Positions 1 to 9,189 of a stretch of DNA of 25,678 nucleotides are shown here, in pieces (position 1 is the first letter of the stretch; each line of letters begins with the position of its first letter). Where the stretch lies: the NCBI GenBank assembly GCA_048939015.1, contig JBHLPW010000065.1, positions 1 through 25,678 of the forward strand, in the 5' to 3' direction. The notes under the pieces are model-generated. The model saw nothing but the letters and a program-made list of their open reading frames with translations, had not been told where the DNA came from and ran no database searches. The translations under genes and the position numbers were made by a program. This DNA comes from Promethearchaeota archaeon (GTDB taxonomy: Archaea > Asgardarchaeota > Lokiarchaeia > Sigyniarchaeales > SOKP01).

Positions 1-54
1 ACGTTGATAACTGATCTAATGTATGGTATTTTAGATCCACGAATTAGATATTAA
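1..54 (+). CDS. dppB: Peptide ABC transporter permease DppB/OppB, 3' end only (partial)
   Basis: Frame 1 reads TLITDLMYGILDPRIRY*, the typical DLxYxxLDPRIR C-terminus of OppB/DppB; it lies directly upstream of dppC. Confidence 0.9.
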   Translation, partial: TLITDLMYGILDPRIRY

Positions 55-94
55 AATTCAATACATAACAAAAAAATTAGAGATGTGAAAAAAT

Positions 95-1096
95 ATGGAA
101 CAGAAATATTTAATTGAAATTGAAGAAGAAGAGATTGAAGAAGAGAGTGTTCCACTAACGGTTTTAAAATGGCTGGTAAAAAACCTTAAATTTATAGCCG
201 TTCCTACGTCAAGCTATGAAGAATTGAGGTTAAAAGAACAAGATTATGAAAAAACTAAAAGTCAGCGGAGATTCATACGAAAACTAAAGTCAGTACTAAC
301 ACTATTTGGGTTAGTTATTATTTTAGGTTTAATTACAATTGCGGTATTCCCCCACTGGATTGCTCCTTATACGTTTGAGCAAGCAATGGGTTTATATACT
401 AACCCATTTGCAGCCCCTTCCCCTGCACATATAATGGGAACTACTCAACTAGGACGCGATGTGTACACAAGATTGCTATTTGGTGCTCGATCCTCTTTAA
501 CTGTATCTTTACCGGCTATTAGTTTAAGTGTTATTGGTGGTGTATTTTTCGGAGTAATTGCTGCATACTATGGAGGTTGGGTTGATTCAGTTATCATGAG
601 AATCGCAGATGTCTTTCTTGCGTTTCCAGGACTAATACTTGCCTTAGTTTTTGTGGGGGTATTTGGAAGAGAAATTGAGATAATAATGATGATATACGGA
701 TTTCTGGGAATTCCTTTTTATTCGAGATTAATTAGAGGCAATGTGTTACAAGCAAAAGAATTGCCCTACGTACAAGCAGCAAAAGTTGCAGGATCAGGAA
801 ACTTAAGAATAATGTTCAGGCATATCCTCCCTAATGTGATCCAACCTGTTATTATTAATGTTACGTTTGCGATTGGAGGTTTTATATTGGGACTTGCAGG
901 TCTAGCATTTCTCGGTTTTAGTGATCCAACGTTTATAGAATGGGGTATGGATATCAATAACGCGCGAGACATGTTATATTCATCACCGTGGGCCTCAATC
1001 TATCCAGGGTTAATGATCGTGATTACCGTGTTAGGATTCATGTTAGTAGGAGATGGGTTGAGAGACGCACTTGACCCAAGACTAAAGAACTTATAG
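95..1096 (+). CDS. dppC: Peptide/nickel ABC transporter permease DppC/OppC
   Basis: HIMGTTQLGRDVYTRLLFGARSSL, EAA-loop region YVQAAKVAGSGNLRIMFRHILPN, C-terminal GDGLRDALDPR, several TM helices. Confidence 0.95.
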   Translation: MEQKYLIEIEEEEIEEESVPLTVLKWLVKNLKFIAVPTSSYEELRLKEQDYEKTKSQRRFIRKLKSVLTLFGLVIILGLITIAVFPHWIAPYTFEQAMGLYTNPFAAPSPAHIMGTTQLGRDVYTRLLFGARSSLTVSLPAISLSVIGGVFFGVIAAYYGGWVDSVIMRIADVFLAFPGLILALVFVGVFGREIEIIMMIYGFLGIPFYSRLIRGNVLQAKELPYVQAAKVAGSGNLRIMFRHILPNVIQPVIINVTFAIGGFILGLAGLAFLGFSDPTFIEWGMDINNARDMLYSSPWASIYPGLMIVITVLGFMLVGDGLRDALDPRLKNL

Positions 1097-1143
1097 TATT
1101 ATAGAATCAATAAATTGAAAATTAGTAAGAAGAAGAATTTAAA

Positions 1144-2352
1144 ATGACAACAGTAGAACCGGTTTCTAAAGGAAATTCAAAAAAATTACTGGAAGTTAGA
1201 GATCTTAGAACATTCTTTTTTGTTGAAGAAGGCGTAGTAAAAGCTGTTGATGGTGTAGCTTTTGACATATATGAAGATGAAGTTCTTGGACTTGTCGGTG
1301 AAACAGGTTGTGGAAAATCAGTTACTGCTCTTTCGGTTTTACAATTAGTAAGAGCTCCTGGTAAGATAATGAGCGGGAAGATCGTTTTCAACGGTAAAAA
1401 CTTGCTCGATCTAACAGAGAAAGAAATGAGAACACTTCGAGGTTCTCGCATTACAATGATTTTTCAAGACCCCCTCAATTCACTTAATCCAGTTATAGCA
1501 TGTGGTAAGCAAATCTCTGAAGTCTTTCTATTGCATCAACAGAAAGACCTAAAGCGAGAACTTGATACACGACTCTTAGAAAGGAAGAAGTTGCTTGATG
1601 AAAAAAAGAAATTACAAGAAGAATTAAAAGAACAAGAAGATCGCTTATCAGAGGAGGAAAAAAATGAATTGGTTTCGAAGATTGATGATCTTAAAAAAGC
1701 AACGGTCCATATTCCAACTATAAAGGATATTGCGTTTGATAGGGCAGAAAAAATCATTAAAGAAGTAGGAATTCCAGATGCCAGGGGAATATTAAAAAGA
1801 TATCCACATGAATTAAGTGGTGGTATGAGACAGCGAGTAATGATTGCTATGGCTCTTTCATGCAATCCCGCACTTTTAATCGCTGATGAACCGACAACAG
1901 CTTTAGATGTAACTATTCAAGCTCAGATTCTTGATTTAATGAAGGATTTAAAAAGCAGATTTAAAACATCAATACTTATTATCACTCATGATTTAGGAAT
2001 TATTGCAGAAATATGTGATAGGATTGCTGTTATGTACAGTGGAAATATTGTAGAATATGCAACAGCAGAAGCTTTATTTAAAAAGCCACGACATCCATAT
2101 ACAAAAGGACTTATGGGTGCAATCCCTAGTATTGAAAAAAAGAATCAAAAATTAGTAACAATTCGAGGTATGGTTCCAAACCTAATATATCCTCCATCAG
2201 GATGTAGATTCCACCCAAGATGCGATCAGAGGTTGGAGATCTGTGATAAAATAAAACCTGTATTGAATGAAATTGCAGATAAATATTTTATTGCCTGCCA
2301 TCTTTTTGATCCTAAATATAAGGATTCACCAAAGTACACACCACCTGAATAA
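1144..2352 (+). CDS. dppD: Peptide ABC transporter ATP-binding protein DppD/OppD
   Basis: Walker A GETGCGKS, IFQDP Q-loop, signature LSGGMRQR, Walker B LLIADEPTTALD, C-terminal oligo-HPY domain (HPYT...GCRFHPRC). Confidence 0.95.
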   Translation: MTTVEPVSKGNSKKLLEVRDLRTFFFVEEGVVKAVDGVAFDIYEDEVLGLVGETGCGKSVTALSVLQLVRAPGKIMSGKIVFNGKNLLDLTEKEMRTLRGSRITMIFQDPLNSLNPVIACGKQISEVFLLHQQKDLKRELDTRLLERKKLLDEKKKLQEELKEQEDRLSEEEKNELVSKIDDLKKATVHIPTIKDIAFDRAEKIIKEVGIPDARGILKRYPHELSGGMRQRVMIAMALSCNPALLIADEPTTALDVTIQAQILDLMKDLKSRFKTSILIITHDLGIIAEICDRIAVMYSGNIVEYATAEALFKKPRHPYTKGLMGAIPSIEKKNQKLVTIRGMVPNLIYPPSGCRFHPRCDQRLEICDKIKPVLNEIADKYFIACHLFDPKYKDSPKYTPPE

Positions 2353-2384
2353 GTTTATAAATAAAAAAAGGAGAATAGAGAATA

Positions 2385-3476
2385 ATGACTATCAGAGAAA
2401 ATAAAACAGAAAGCACAGAAAAAGAAGAAATTATTAGCCCTGTAAGTAAACAGGATGTTATTCTTTCTATTAAAGATCTTAAGACTTACTACCCTATCTA
2501 TGGTGGTATTTTTAAACATAAAATTGGCGAAGTAAAAGCAGTAGACGGTGTTTCTTTTAATCTATTGAAAGGAGAAACTCTAGGATTAGTAGGAGAAAGT
2601 GGGTGCGGTAAAACAACAATCGGAAATACAATTTTAAACTTGGTACCATTAACTTCAGGAGAAGTAAGTTATAAAGGTCAAAAAATCCTTAGTGGAATTA
2701 AAAAGGAAGCTAAGTATCGAGCAGAGTATCGCAAAAAGATCCAAATGGTATTTCAAGATCCTGATTCATCATTAAACCCTCGCTGGAAAATTGTAAATAT
2801 AATTGGTGAACCACTTAAAATCTTAGAACGAATGAAAAAAAGAAGTCAAGTTCGGGCTCGAGTTCTTGAATTACTCGAAACGGTTTCAATGAAAGCGGAA
2901 CACTTAGATCGATATCCACATGAATTTTCTGGAGGTCAAAAGCAAAGAATTGTAATAGCTAGAGCTTTAGCATCTGATCCTGAAATTATCATATTAGATG
3001 AACCTACTTCTGCATTAGATGTGTCCGTTCAAGCTCAAATTCTGAATTTATTAAAAGACCTTCAACAGAGATTCAATTTATCCTATATGTTTATTACTCA
3101 CGATCTCAGTGTAGTACAACATATAGCTGATAGAATTGCAGTAATGTATCTAGGTAAATTTGTGGAATGGGGAAAAATAGAGGAAGTATTTTATAATCCT
3201 ACACATCCATATTCAAGAGCTTTATTGTCAGCACGTCCAACATTCGATCCTAGTTCGAAATCAAATAGAATTATCTTAAAAGGGGACGTACCTAGTCCAA
3301 TCAATCCACCTGAAGGCTGTACTTTTCATCCCAGATGTCCTGAAAGAGCGGAACATATAGGATGTGGTGTAGATAGCCCTCGTAAAATTAGTCTTGGTGG
3401 AGATCATTATATGATGTGTCTCCCCTTTAAGAAAGAAAGCAAATCTTATGAAGGAATGAAGTTTATTTCAGATTAA
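2385..3476 (+). CDS. dppF: Peptide ABC transporter ATP-binding protein DppF/OppF
   Basis: GESGCGKT, VFQDP, FSGGQKQR, ILDEPTSALD, HPYS...GCTFHPRC; AAAGGAGA ribosome-binding site upstream. Confidence 0.95.
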   Translation: MTIRENKTESTEKEEIISPVSKQDVILSIKDLKTYYPIYGGIFKHKIGEVKAVDGVSFNLLKGETLGLVGESGCGKTTIGNTILNLVPLTSGEVSYKGQKILSGIKKEAKYRAEYRKKIQMVFQDPDSSLNPRWKIVNIIGEPLKILERMKKRSQVRARVLELLETVSMKAEHLDRYPHEFSGGQKQRIVIARALASDPEIIILDEPTSALDVSVQAQILNLLKDLQQRFNLSYMFITHDLSVVQHIADRIAVMYLGKFVEWGKIEEVFYNPTHPYSRALLSARPTFDPSSKSNRIILKGDVPSPINPPEGCTFHPRCPERAEHIGCGVDSPRKISLGGDHYMMCLPFKKESKSYEGMKFISD

Positions 3477-3478
3477 AA

Positions 3479-3510
3479 ATTTTTTTTTCTATTTTATTTT
3501 TATTTTAAAT
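3479..3510 (+). terminator. Probable archaeal oligo-T terminator of the dpp operon
   Basis: T-runs (ttttttttt ct attttatttt tatttt) directly after the dppF stop. Confidence 0.5.
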
Positions 3511-3581
3511 TTAATACGATTATTTGTCAATCTACAATTTTAGAAATAAAGTTAAAGGATAATAGGTTTTATTACTAGATC

Positions 3582-4751
3582 ATGGTAAATAACTCTCAAG
3601 TATTCATAATAAAAACTTCACCTAAGACTTCACTAGAAGATTACAAAAAATTAATGCATTTGGCAAATTATGATAAGATCTACCCTAAAGATGAAAAAAT
3701 TATCATCAAACTAAATTTAAGTTGGTCTAAATTTTTCCCTGCATGTTCTAGCCCTCCTTGGCAAGTAGAAGGAGTCTTAAAAACCATGACTGAAGATAAT
3801 TATAATCCAAAAAAAATATTTACAGCTGAAAATAGGACTGTTGTTACTAGTATTGAAAAGGGTTTAAAGGGTAATAAATGGGCACCTATTTTCAAAAACT
3901 ATGGGGTATGGTTTGTTCCTTTAACAAGAATACCATTCGTTCCTTATGAATCTTTACGGTCAAAATTTATTACTTTAAAAAATAAGAATTTGCATGCATT
4001 AGATTCTAAAATTTTTCCAGATGGTTTTTCTATTCCAAAATTTTATGTTGGAAAATCTATCATACATCTCCCTACTATGAAGACTCATGGTCATACTGGA
4101 GCAATTGGAGGTTCATTAAAACGTACAGCTGGAGAAATGAAACATGGAGGCATTACATGTGCTATGAAGAATGCTTTTGGGGGCCTTTTAACAAAAAGAA
4201 GACATTTTTCACATCAATATATGTCTGAAGTATTAGTAGATTTACTTATAATACAAAAACAAATCCATCCAAATATCTTAGCTATAGTAGATGGAACTGT
4301 TTGCGGTGATGGCGCTGGACCCAGAACAATGTGGCCCAAGATTAAGAATATGATTTTAGCGGGGTATGATCAAGTAGCAGTTGACACAGTTGTCGCTAAA
4401 ATGATGGGATTTGACCCTTTTGAATTACCCGCTATAAGAATGGCTCACGAGGAGGGTTTAGGATGTGGAGATTTTAACCAAATTGAAATAATTGGCGAAG
4501 ATATATCCAACATAAATTGGAATTTTAAGGTTAAACGAAGTATAGTTATATGGGGAGATCAAATGGTAAGAAAAGGACCTTTACAATTTCTTTATCCATT
4601 ATTTAAAAGTGAACTTTTCTTTTTAGGACCAACTTATGCTTCAATGATTTTTCATGATATGTTTTGGTATCCTACTATTGGAAAAAGAAGAATTAGGAAA
4701 TTTTATCAATCAGAATGGGGTAAGATGTTTTTAAACTACCCGAAAAAATAA
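3582..4751 (+). CDS. DUF362 domain-containing protein
   Basis: IIKLNLSW, PTMKTH...AMKNAFGG, IVDGTVCGDGAGP, DQVAVDTVVAKMMGFDP motifs characteristic of DUF362. Confidence 0.8.
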   Translation: MVNNSQVFIIKTSPKTSLEDYKKLMHLANYDKIYPKDEKIIIKLNLSWSKFFPACSSPPWQVEGVLKTMTEDNYNPKKIFTAENRTVVTSIEKGLKGNKWAPIFKNYGVWFVPLTRIPFVPYESLRSKFITLKNKNLHALDSKIFPDGFSIPKFYVGKSIIHLPTMKTHGHTGAIGGSLKRTAGEMKHGGITCAMKNAFGGLLTKRRHFSHQYMSEVLVDLLIIQKQIHPNILAIVDGTVCGDGAGPRTMWPKIKNMILAGYDQVAVDTVVAKMMGFDPFELPAIRMAHEEGLGCGDFNQIEIIGEDISNINWNFKVKRSIVIWGDQMVRKGPLQFLYPLFKSELFFLGPTYASMIFHDMFWYPTIGKRRIRKFYQSEWGKMFLNYPKK

Positions 4752-5569
4752 TCATCTTCGTTTATAAACTGATTAGAAAAAACCATATTACTTACTACAG
4801 TTTTTATCATTGAAAAATAATTGAGTTCTTGATGTGATTGCTCTAATTTTAGATGAATAAAGAACTCAATAGAACCTTCTTTACCTAATATTGGTGATTT
4901 AAAGATTTTATATAAAAAAAATTGGTTGTCTTTACACCATATAATTAAATTCATAATGATTTCATAAAGTTGTTTCGAGTTTTGAATAATTTTGAATTTT
5001 AAAATATCATAAAATTCCGTTTCGAATATAGGTTTTACTAATGCGATTATATCACCTTGCTTTCTGAGTATTCTCTTTATATTAGGCAATATACTTCTTA
5101 ACGAGGCAAAAGTTACGTCTATTGTGCATACATCTATTTTCTCTTCAATAGGAATTAAATGACGGGCATCGATACCTAATAAAGGTATAATTTTTTCTTT
5201 CATCATTTGGTGTGTCAATGATGAATGAAGGAAATTTGTTGCGATATCAATTGAATATACTCTAGAAGCTCCTTTTTTAATCAAACAATCTGTAAATCCT
5301 CCTTTGGATGATCCTATATCAGCACATATCTTTTCTTTAACAGAAATTGAAAATTGATCCAACGCTGATTCTAATTTCAATCCCCCACGGCTAACATAGG
5401 GATATTCTTTAACTAATTCGATTTTTAAAGAACTTTCAATTTTCTTACCTGATTTTGATATTTTTTTGTTTTCAACTAACACATATCCATTTTTTATTAA
5501 CCATTGCGCTTTACTTCTGCTATCAACTAGTTTTTTATCAACTAGTAAAATATCTAATCTTTTTTTCAT
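4736..5569 (-). CDS. tlyA: TlyA-family rRNA 2'-O-methyltransferase (S4 domain + FtsJ-type methyltransferase)
   Basis: N-terminal S4 motif KRLDILLV...SRSKAQWLI, YVSRGGLKL, DIGSSKGGFTDCL, IDVTFASL, LVKPIFE; GGTGAG RBS upstream. Confidence 0.9.
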   Translation of the reverse strand: MKKRLDILLVDKKLVDSRSKAQWLIKNGYVLVENKKISKSGKKIESSLKIELVKEYPYVSRGGLKLESALDQFSISVKEKICADIGSSKGGFTDCLIKKGASRVYSIDIATNFLHSSLTHQMMKEKIIPLLGIDARHLIPIEEKIDVCTIDVTFASLRSILPNIKRILRKQGDIIALVKPIFETEFYDILKFKIIQNSKQLYEIIMNLIIWCKDNQFFLYKIFKSPILGKEGSIEFFIHLKLEQSHQELNYFSMIKTVVSNMVFSNQFINEDDYFFG

Positions 5570-5627
5570 TTTTACTCACCCTTTTATGAAGGTTTCCAAA
5601 TTATATTGTTGAATAAATCTATAATTT

Positions 5628-6476
5628 TTAAAAAAAGATTTTCTCTGTGTTTAATAATTCTATAGATTTGCTTAACGATAAATTACCTGATAAAATAGCT
5701 TCTGCTATTTCAATAAGTTTAGAATCAAAATCATTATTATATTTAGCAGTTTTACTAAGATATTCCTCATTTTTCATAGTACTATTGTTTTTCAGAATAG
5801 CCTGATAATTGTCAAATGTTATTTCAAAACCATCTCTTAAAGAAATGATCAATGCAGCAGCTTCATCCTTTGGAATTTTTTTATTATTTTCATCTCTAAT
5901 TTTATATTTTGACGTTTTCGATTCATCTATTAATATAATTCTAAAACTATTTTCTTTAATATTAATAAATAACTGTTGAATTAAATTTTGAGTTATCGGC
6001 ATTATACCTTTTCCGAATTTGAATATTAGTTTCAGTGGAATTGAATTAGTTTCTTGGAGAGCTTTTATGTACATTCTAACTTTTTCAATAAACCTCTCTC
6101 TATTGTAAATAGTATGAGAATTTAAATAAAAATCATTTAAATAAATTACAAGCCCCAAGTGTTTTGTACCCGGATCAATAGAAAACATTAATTCAGAATA
6201 TTTTATATTCCCAATTTTTTTTGCAGCTAATACTTTCACCATATATTGTTCAAAGTCTTCATTATTTGTATAGGAGAGGATCTTGTCTTTTACGCTGTCA
6301 ATATTTTCAAAATTACTCATTTCTTCCATGGTTGTGAGGATAATGGAATTTGGAATGTCAGGAATTTTCGTTCTCATATTTAACACTTCAAATTTAATTT
6401 GAAGGTGTTCTAATTCCTTATTCAATCGATAGAAAAAATTTAAATCCTCAGTTAACACATAAATATTTGTTTTCAA
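5628..6476 (-). CDS. Putative RNase H-like (YqgF/RuvX-like) nuclease-domain protein
   Basis: FSIDPGTKHLGLV, IDESKTS and DEAAALII match the YqgF/RuvX-type pattern (hhDxG, hDExxT/S, DxxAAxxI); TTG start. Confidence 0.6.
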   Translation of the reverse strand: MKTNIYVLTEDLNFFYRLNKELEHLQIKFEVLNMRTKIPDIPNSIILTTMEEMSNFENIDSVKDKILSYTNNEDFEQYMVKVLAAKKIGNIKYSELMFSIDPGTKHLGLVIYLNDFYLNSHTIYNRERFIEKVRMYIKALQETNSIPLKLIFKFGKGIMPITQNLIQQLFINIKENSFRIILIDESKTSKYKIRDENNKKIPKDEAAALIISLRDGFEITFDNYQAILKNNSTMKNEEYLSKTAKYNNDFDSKLIEIAEAILSGNLSLSKSIELLNTEKIFF

Positions 6477-6520
6477 ATTATATTTATAAATATTAGATAA
6501 AATTAATAATTTTTAACTAA

Positions 6521-7201
6521 ATGAATTTCCCAATCTCAGAGTTAAATCAATATTTTAATTCAATTGATATATTACAAGGTATTTTTTCTATATTTGGAGA
6601 ATTTGGTGTTGGGAAAACTACATTTGCACTTCAAACAGCTATAAATTCAGCTAAAATGGGAAAAGAGGTGGTGTATGTATATACAAAGCATAATTTTCCT
6701 TCCTCAAAAATTCAAATATTAATTAAAAACTCAGACGAAATTTTAGATAAAATTCTTTTTATCCATACTACCAAATTTAGTGAATTACACAAAATTATTT
6801 TTAATTTGGAATTTTTGCTTTTAAGCAAGAATAAGCAAACATTCAAACTAATTATCATCGATTCAATAACCAATCTATATCGGATAGATTTAAATATGGA
6901 AAAAAAAGAAAGAAATTACAATCTTAATTATCAATTAAATCAAATGTTAGCTAATTTAGCCTATTTAAATGAGAAATATGGAATTGAAATAATGGTTGTG
7001 AATGAAATGAGTAGGAAAAATCTTGGTGACCAAATAATTGAAGTAGAAAGTGGTGGAAAAGTCATGGAGTTTTGGACAGATAAAAAACTAAAGATATCTA
7101 AAACCAAAAAATTAAATGAGAGGGAATTTTTATTTGCTGATGGGTCTAAAAATAAAATCATGAAATTTATTTCAAATTTGAGAGAATTTGGATTCGATTA
7201 A
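6521..7201 (+). CDS. RadB-like RecA/RadA-family paralogue
   Basis: Walker A GEFGVGKT, Walker B LIIIDSI, LYR and VVNE motifs, GG before the C-terminal strands; no N-terminal HhH domain. Confidence 0.8.
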   Translation: MNFPISELNQYFNSIDILQGIFSIFGEFGVGKTTFALQTAINSAKMGKEVVYVYTKHNFPSSKIQILIKNSDEILDKILFIHTTKFSELHKIIFNLEFLLLSKNKQTFKLIIIDSITNLYRIDLNMEKKERNYNLNYQLNQMLANLAYLNEKYGIEIMVVNEMSRKNLGDQIIEVESGGKVMEFWTDKKLKISKTKKLNEREFLFADGSKNKIMKFISNLREFGFD

Positions 7202-7324
7202 CAAATAGCTAATATTAAATCATTCAAATTCTATATTTTCAGTACTTTTTAAATTTTCAATATTCAAAATGTTAAAATGACTATATAATTTAATTTCCAT
7301 TTTTAATTTTCTATATATGGAAGT

Positions 7325-8539
7325 ATGGTATATATGGATCTAAAACTAGTAAAGGAAGCCTCAACAGAATTTTATATTCATAAAAAGGATACAAATTTAA
7401 CTCCTTCAAAATCTATGAAAGTATTTTATAATAAAAGAATGATAATCAATCGCGATATTTCTAGTTTAGCGATCAATGCTTATAGCACATTATTTAATCA
7501 AAATGAAATAGTAATTGTCGATTCAATGGCAGCATCAGGAATAAGCTCTATTAGAATTTTAAAAGAATGTAAGAATATAAAAAAAATGTATATTAATGAT
7601 ATTAATCCAGAAGCAGTTAAGTTAATTTTCCAAAATCTTAAATTAAATAATCTAGACGACAGATTTAATCAAATAGAAATCATGAATAAAGATGCAAATT
7701 TACTTTTCACTGAGATAAAAAATATTATTGAAAGAAATAATAAACCAAATATAATTTCAATTGATCCTTTTGGGACTCCCAATATTTATGTTGATTCTGC
7801 ATTTAAAGCAATAAATAAGGTAAATGGTCTAATGTGTATAACAGCAACGGACACAGCTGTTTTATTTGGAGTACGTCCTGATGCCTGTTTTAGGAAATAT
7901 TTATCTAAGCCCCTCCATACAGAATACTGTAAAGAAATTGGGGCGAGAATTCTAATCTACTTCATTTCTCGAATAGCAAATATAAACAAGATTAGGATAA
8001 TCCCTCTCTTAACTTTTTACTCAGGACATTTTATTAGAGCCTTCTGTTTAGTTTTAAAAGGAAAAAGGAAAATTACTGAATCGTTCAAAAACTATGGATA
8101 CATAATGCATTGTAAAAAATGCGGTTATCGTTCTGCATTTAAAGATAATATTCTAATTCTGCCTAAGAAATGTCCCATTTGTCAAAAAAATGATGGTTTT
8201 GATTATGCAGGTCCTTTATGGATCGGGAATTTACACGATATAAATTTTCTGAAGGAGATACTTACCCTAAATAAAAATTCAAATCTGCCAAGTCAAAAAA
8301 GAATAGAAAAACTCTTATCTTTTGCCATTGATGAAAATTATATGCCTATTTCTTATTATAACATCCATAAACTTTGTCAAGATCTTAAAATTCCCTCTAT
8401 TCCAAAATTGGAAGATCTTATTAGTGTGATTAGAAAAAAAGGATATCAATGTTCGAGGACTCATTTTGATTATTTATCACTAAAAAGTGATTTGGATTTA
8501 CTTACTTTAAAAGATATAATTGTTGAATTACAGAGGTAA
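7325..8539 (+). CDS. trm1: tRNA (guanine-26-N2)-dimethyltransferase Trm1
   Basis: VFYNKRMIINRD, INDINP, IDPFGTP, ITATDTAVL, EIGARIL, CxxC...CxxC zinc site, AGPLWIG, SRTHF. Confidence 0.95.
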   Translation: MVYMDLKLVKEASTEFYIHKKDTNLTPSKSMKVFYNKRMIINRDISSLAINAYSTLFNQNEIVIVDSMAASGISSIRILKECKNIKKMYINDINPEAVKLIFQNLKLNNLDDRFNQIEIMNKDANLLFTEIKNIIERNNKPNIISIDPFGTPNIYVDSAFKAINKVNGLMCITATDTAVLFGVRPDACFRKYLSKPLHTEYCKEIGARILIYFISRIANINKIRIIPLLTFYSGHFIRAFCLVLKGKRKITESFKNYGYIMHCKKCGYRSAFKDNILILPKKCPICQKNDGFDYAGPLWIGNLHDINFLKEILTLNKNSNLPSQKRIEKLLSFAIDENYMPISYYNIHKLCQDLKIPSIPKLEDLISVIRKKGYQCSRTHFDYLSLKSDLDLLTLKDIIVELQR

Positions 8540-8568
8540 TTATTCAACTCAGTAAAATTAAAAAAAAA

Positions 8569-9189
8569 ATGCAGCATAAACAAGAAAGATTTTACAAACA
8601 AGCAAAAAAGGAAGGTTATAGAGCAAGATCGGCATATAAGTTACAAGAAATTCAAAGTAGGTTTAACATTTTTAAAAGAGCATTTTATATCTTAGATTTA
8701 GGTTGTGCTCCCGGTTCATGGTTACAAGTAGCAAAAAAATTTGCAGAAGTTAATTTAAAAAAGTATAAAGATCAATTCTATCATCGAGATCACTACAAAA
8801 TAATGGGAATTGATATTAAAAAAGTATCACCCATTGAAAATGTATCTATTATTCAGAAAGATCTTACTTTACCTGAAATTCAAGGGCAGATTGCTAATTA
8901 CTTTCAAGATAAATTAGATTTAATCTTATCTGACGCCTCTATAAAGAAGAGTGGAAATAAGTTCTCAGATCATATTAAACAACTTAACCTCTGTTATACC
9001 ATTTTAGGACTAGCAAAAAATAATCTGAAGTATAAAGGTAACTTAGTTATTAAGACTTTTCATGGTTCTGATTTTGGGAAATTCTTCGATGAAATGAAAA
9101 AGATATTTAGAGTTTTAAAATCTTATAAACCATCTTCTTCAAAAAAAAAAAGCAATGAAATCTTTTTAATTGGGTTACAAAAAAAATGA
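8569..9189 (+). CDS. rlmE: 23S rRNA 2'-O-methyltransferase RlmE/FtsJ
   Basis: AKKEGYRARSAYKL, LDLGCAPGSWLQV, K-D-K-E catalytic tetrad (YKL, LSD, VIK, SNE). Confidence 0.95.
   Translation: MQHKQERFYKQAKKEGYRARSAYKLQEIQSRFNIFKRAFYILDLGCAPGSWLQVAKKFAEVNLKKYKDQFYHRDHYKIMGIDIKKVSPIENVSIIQKDLTLPEIQGQIANYFQDKLDLILSDASIKKSGNKFSDHIKQLNLCYTILGLAKNNLKYKGNLVIKTFHGSDFGKFFDEMKKIFRVLKSYKPSSSKKKSNEIFLIGLQKK

Noticed and set aside
1534-1735. Intein in DppD
   Set aside because: No N-terminal Cys/Ser or C-terminal His-Asn splice motifs; too short and coiled-coil-like.
766-1865. Antisense ORFs 766-972, 1122-1451 and 1536-1865
   Set aside because: Shadow frames opposite well-conserved dppC/dppD; no recognisable motifs.
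5628-6476. Transposase or mobile element interpretation of the RNase H-like gene
   Set aside because: No terminal inverted repeats or target duplications seen; motifs fit YqgF-like proteins and the context is housekeeping.
9187-9189. Genome-wide TGA reassignment
   Set aside because: TGA ends rlmE, rbsK and the cupin gene at plausible natural C-termini, and Trp is encoded by TGG.
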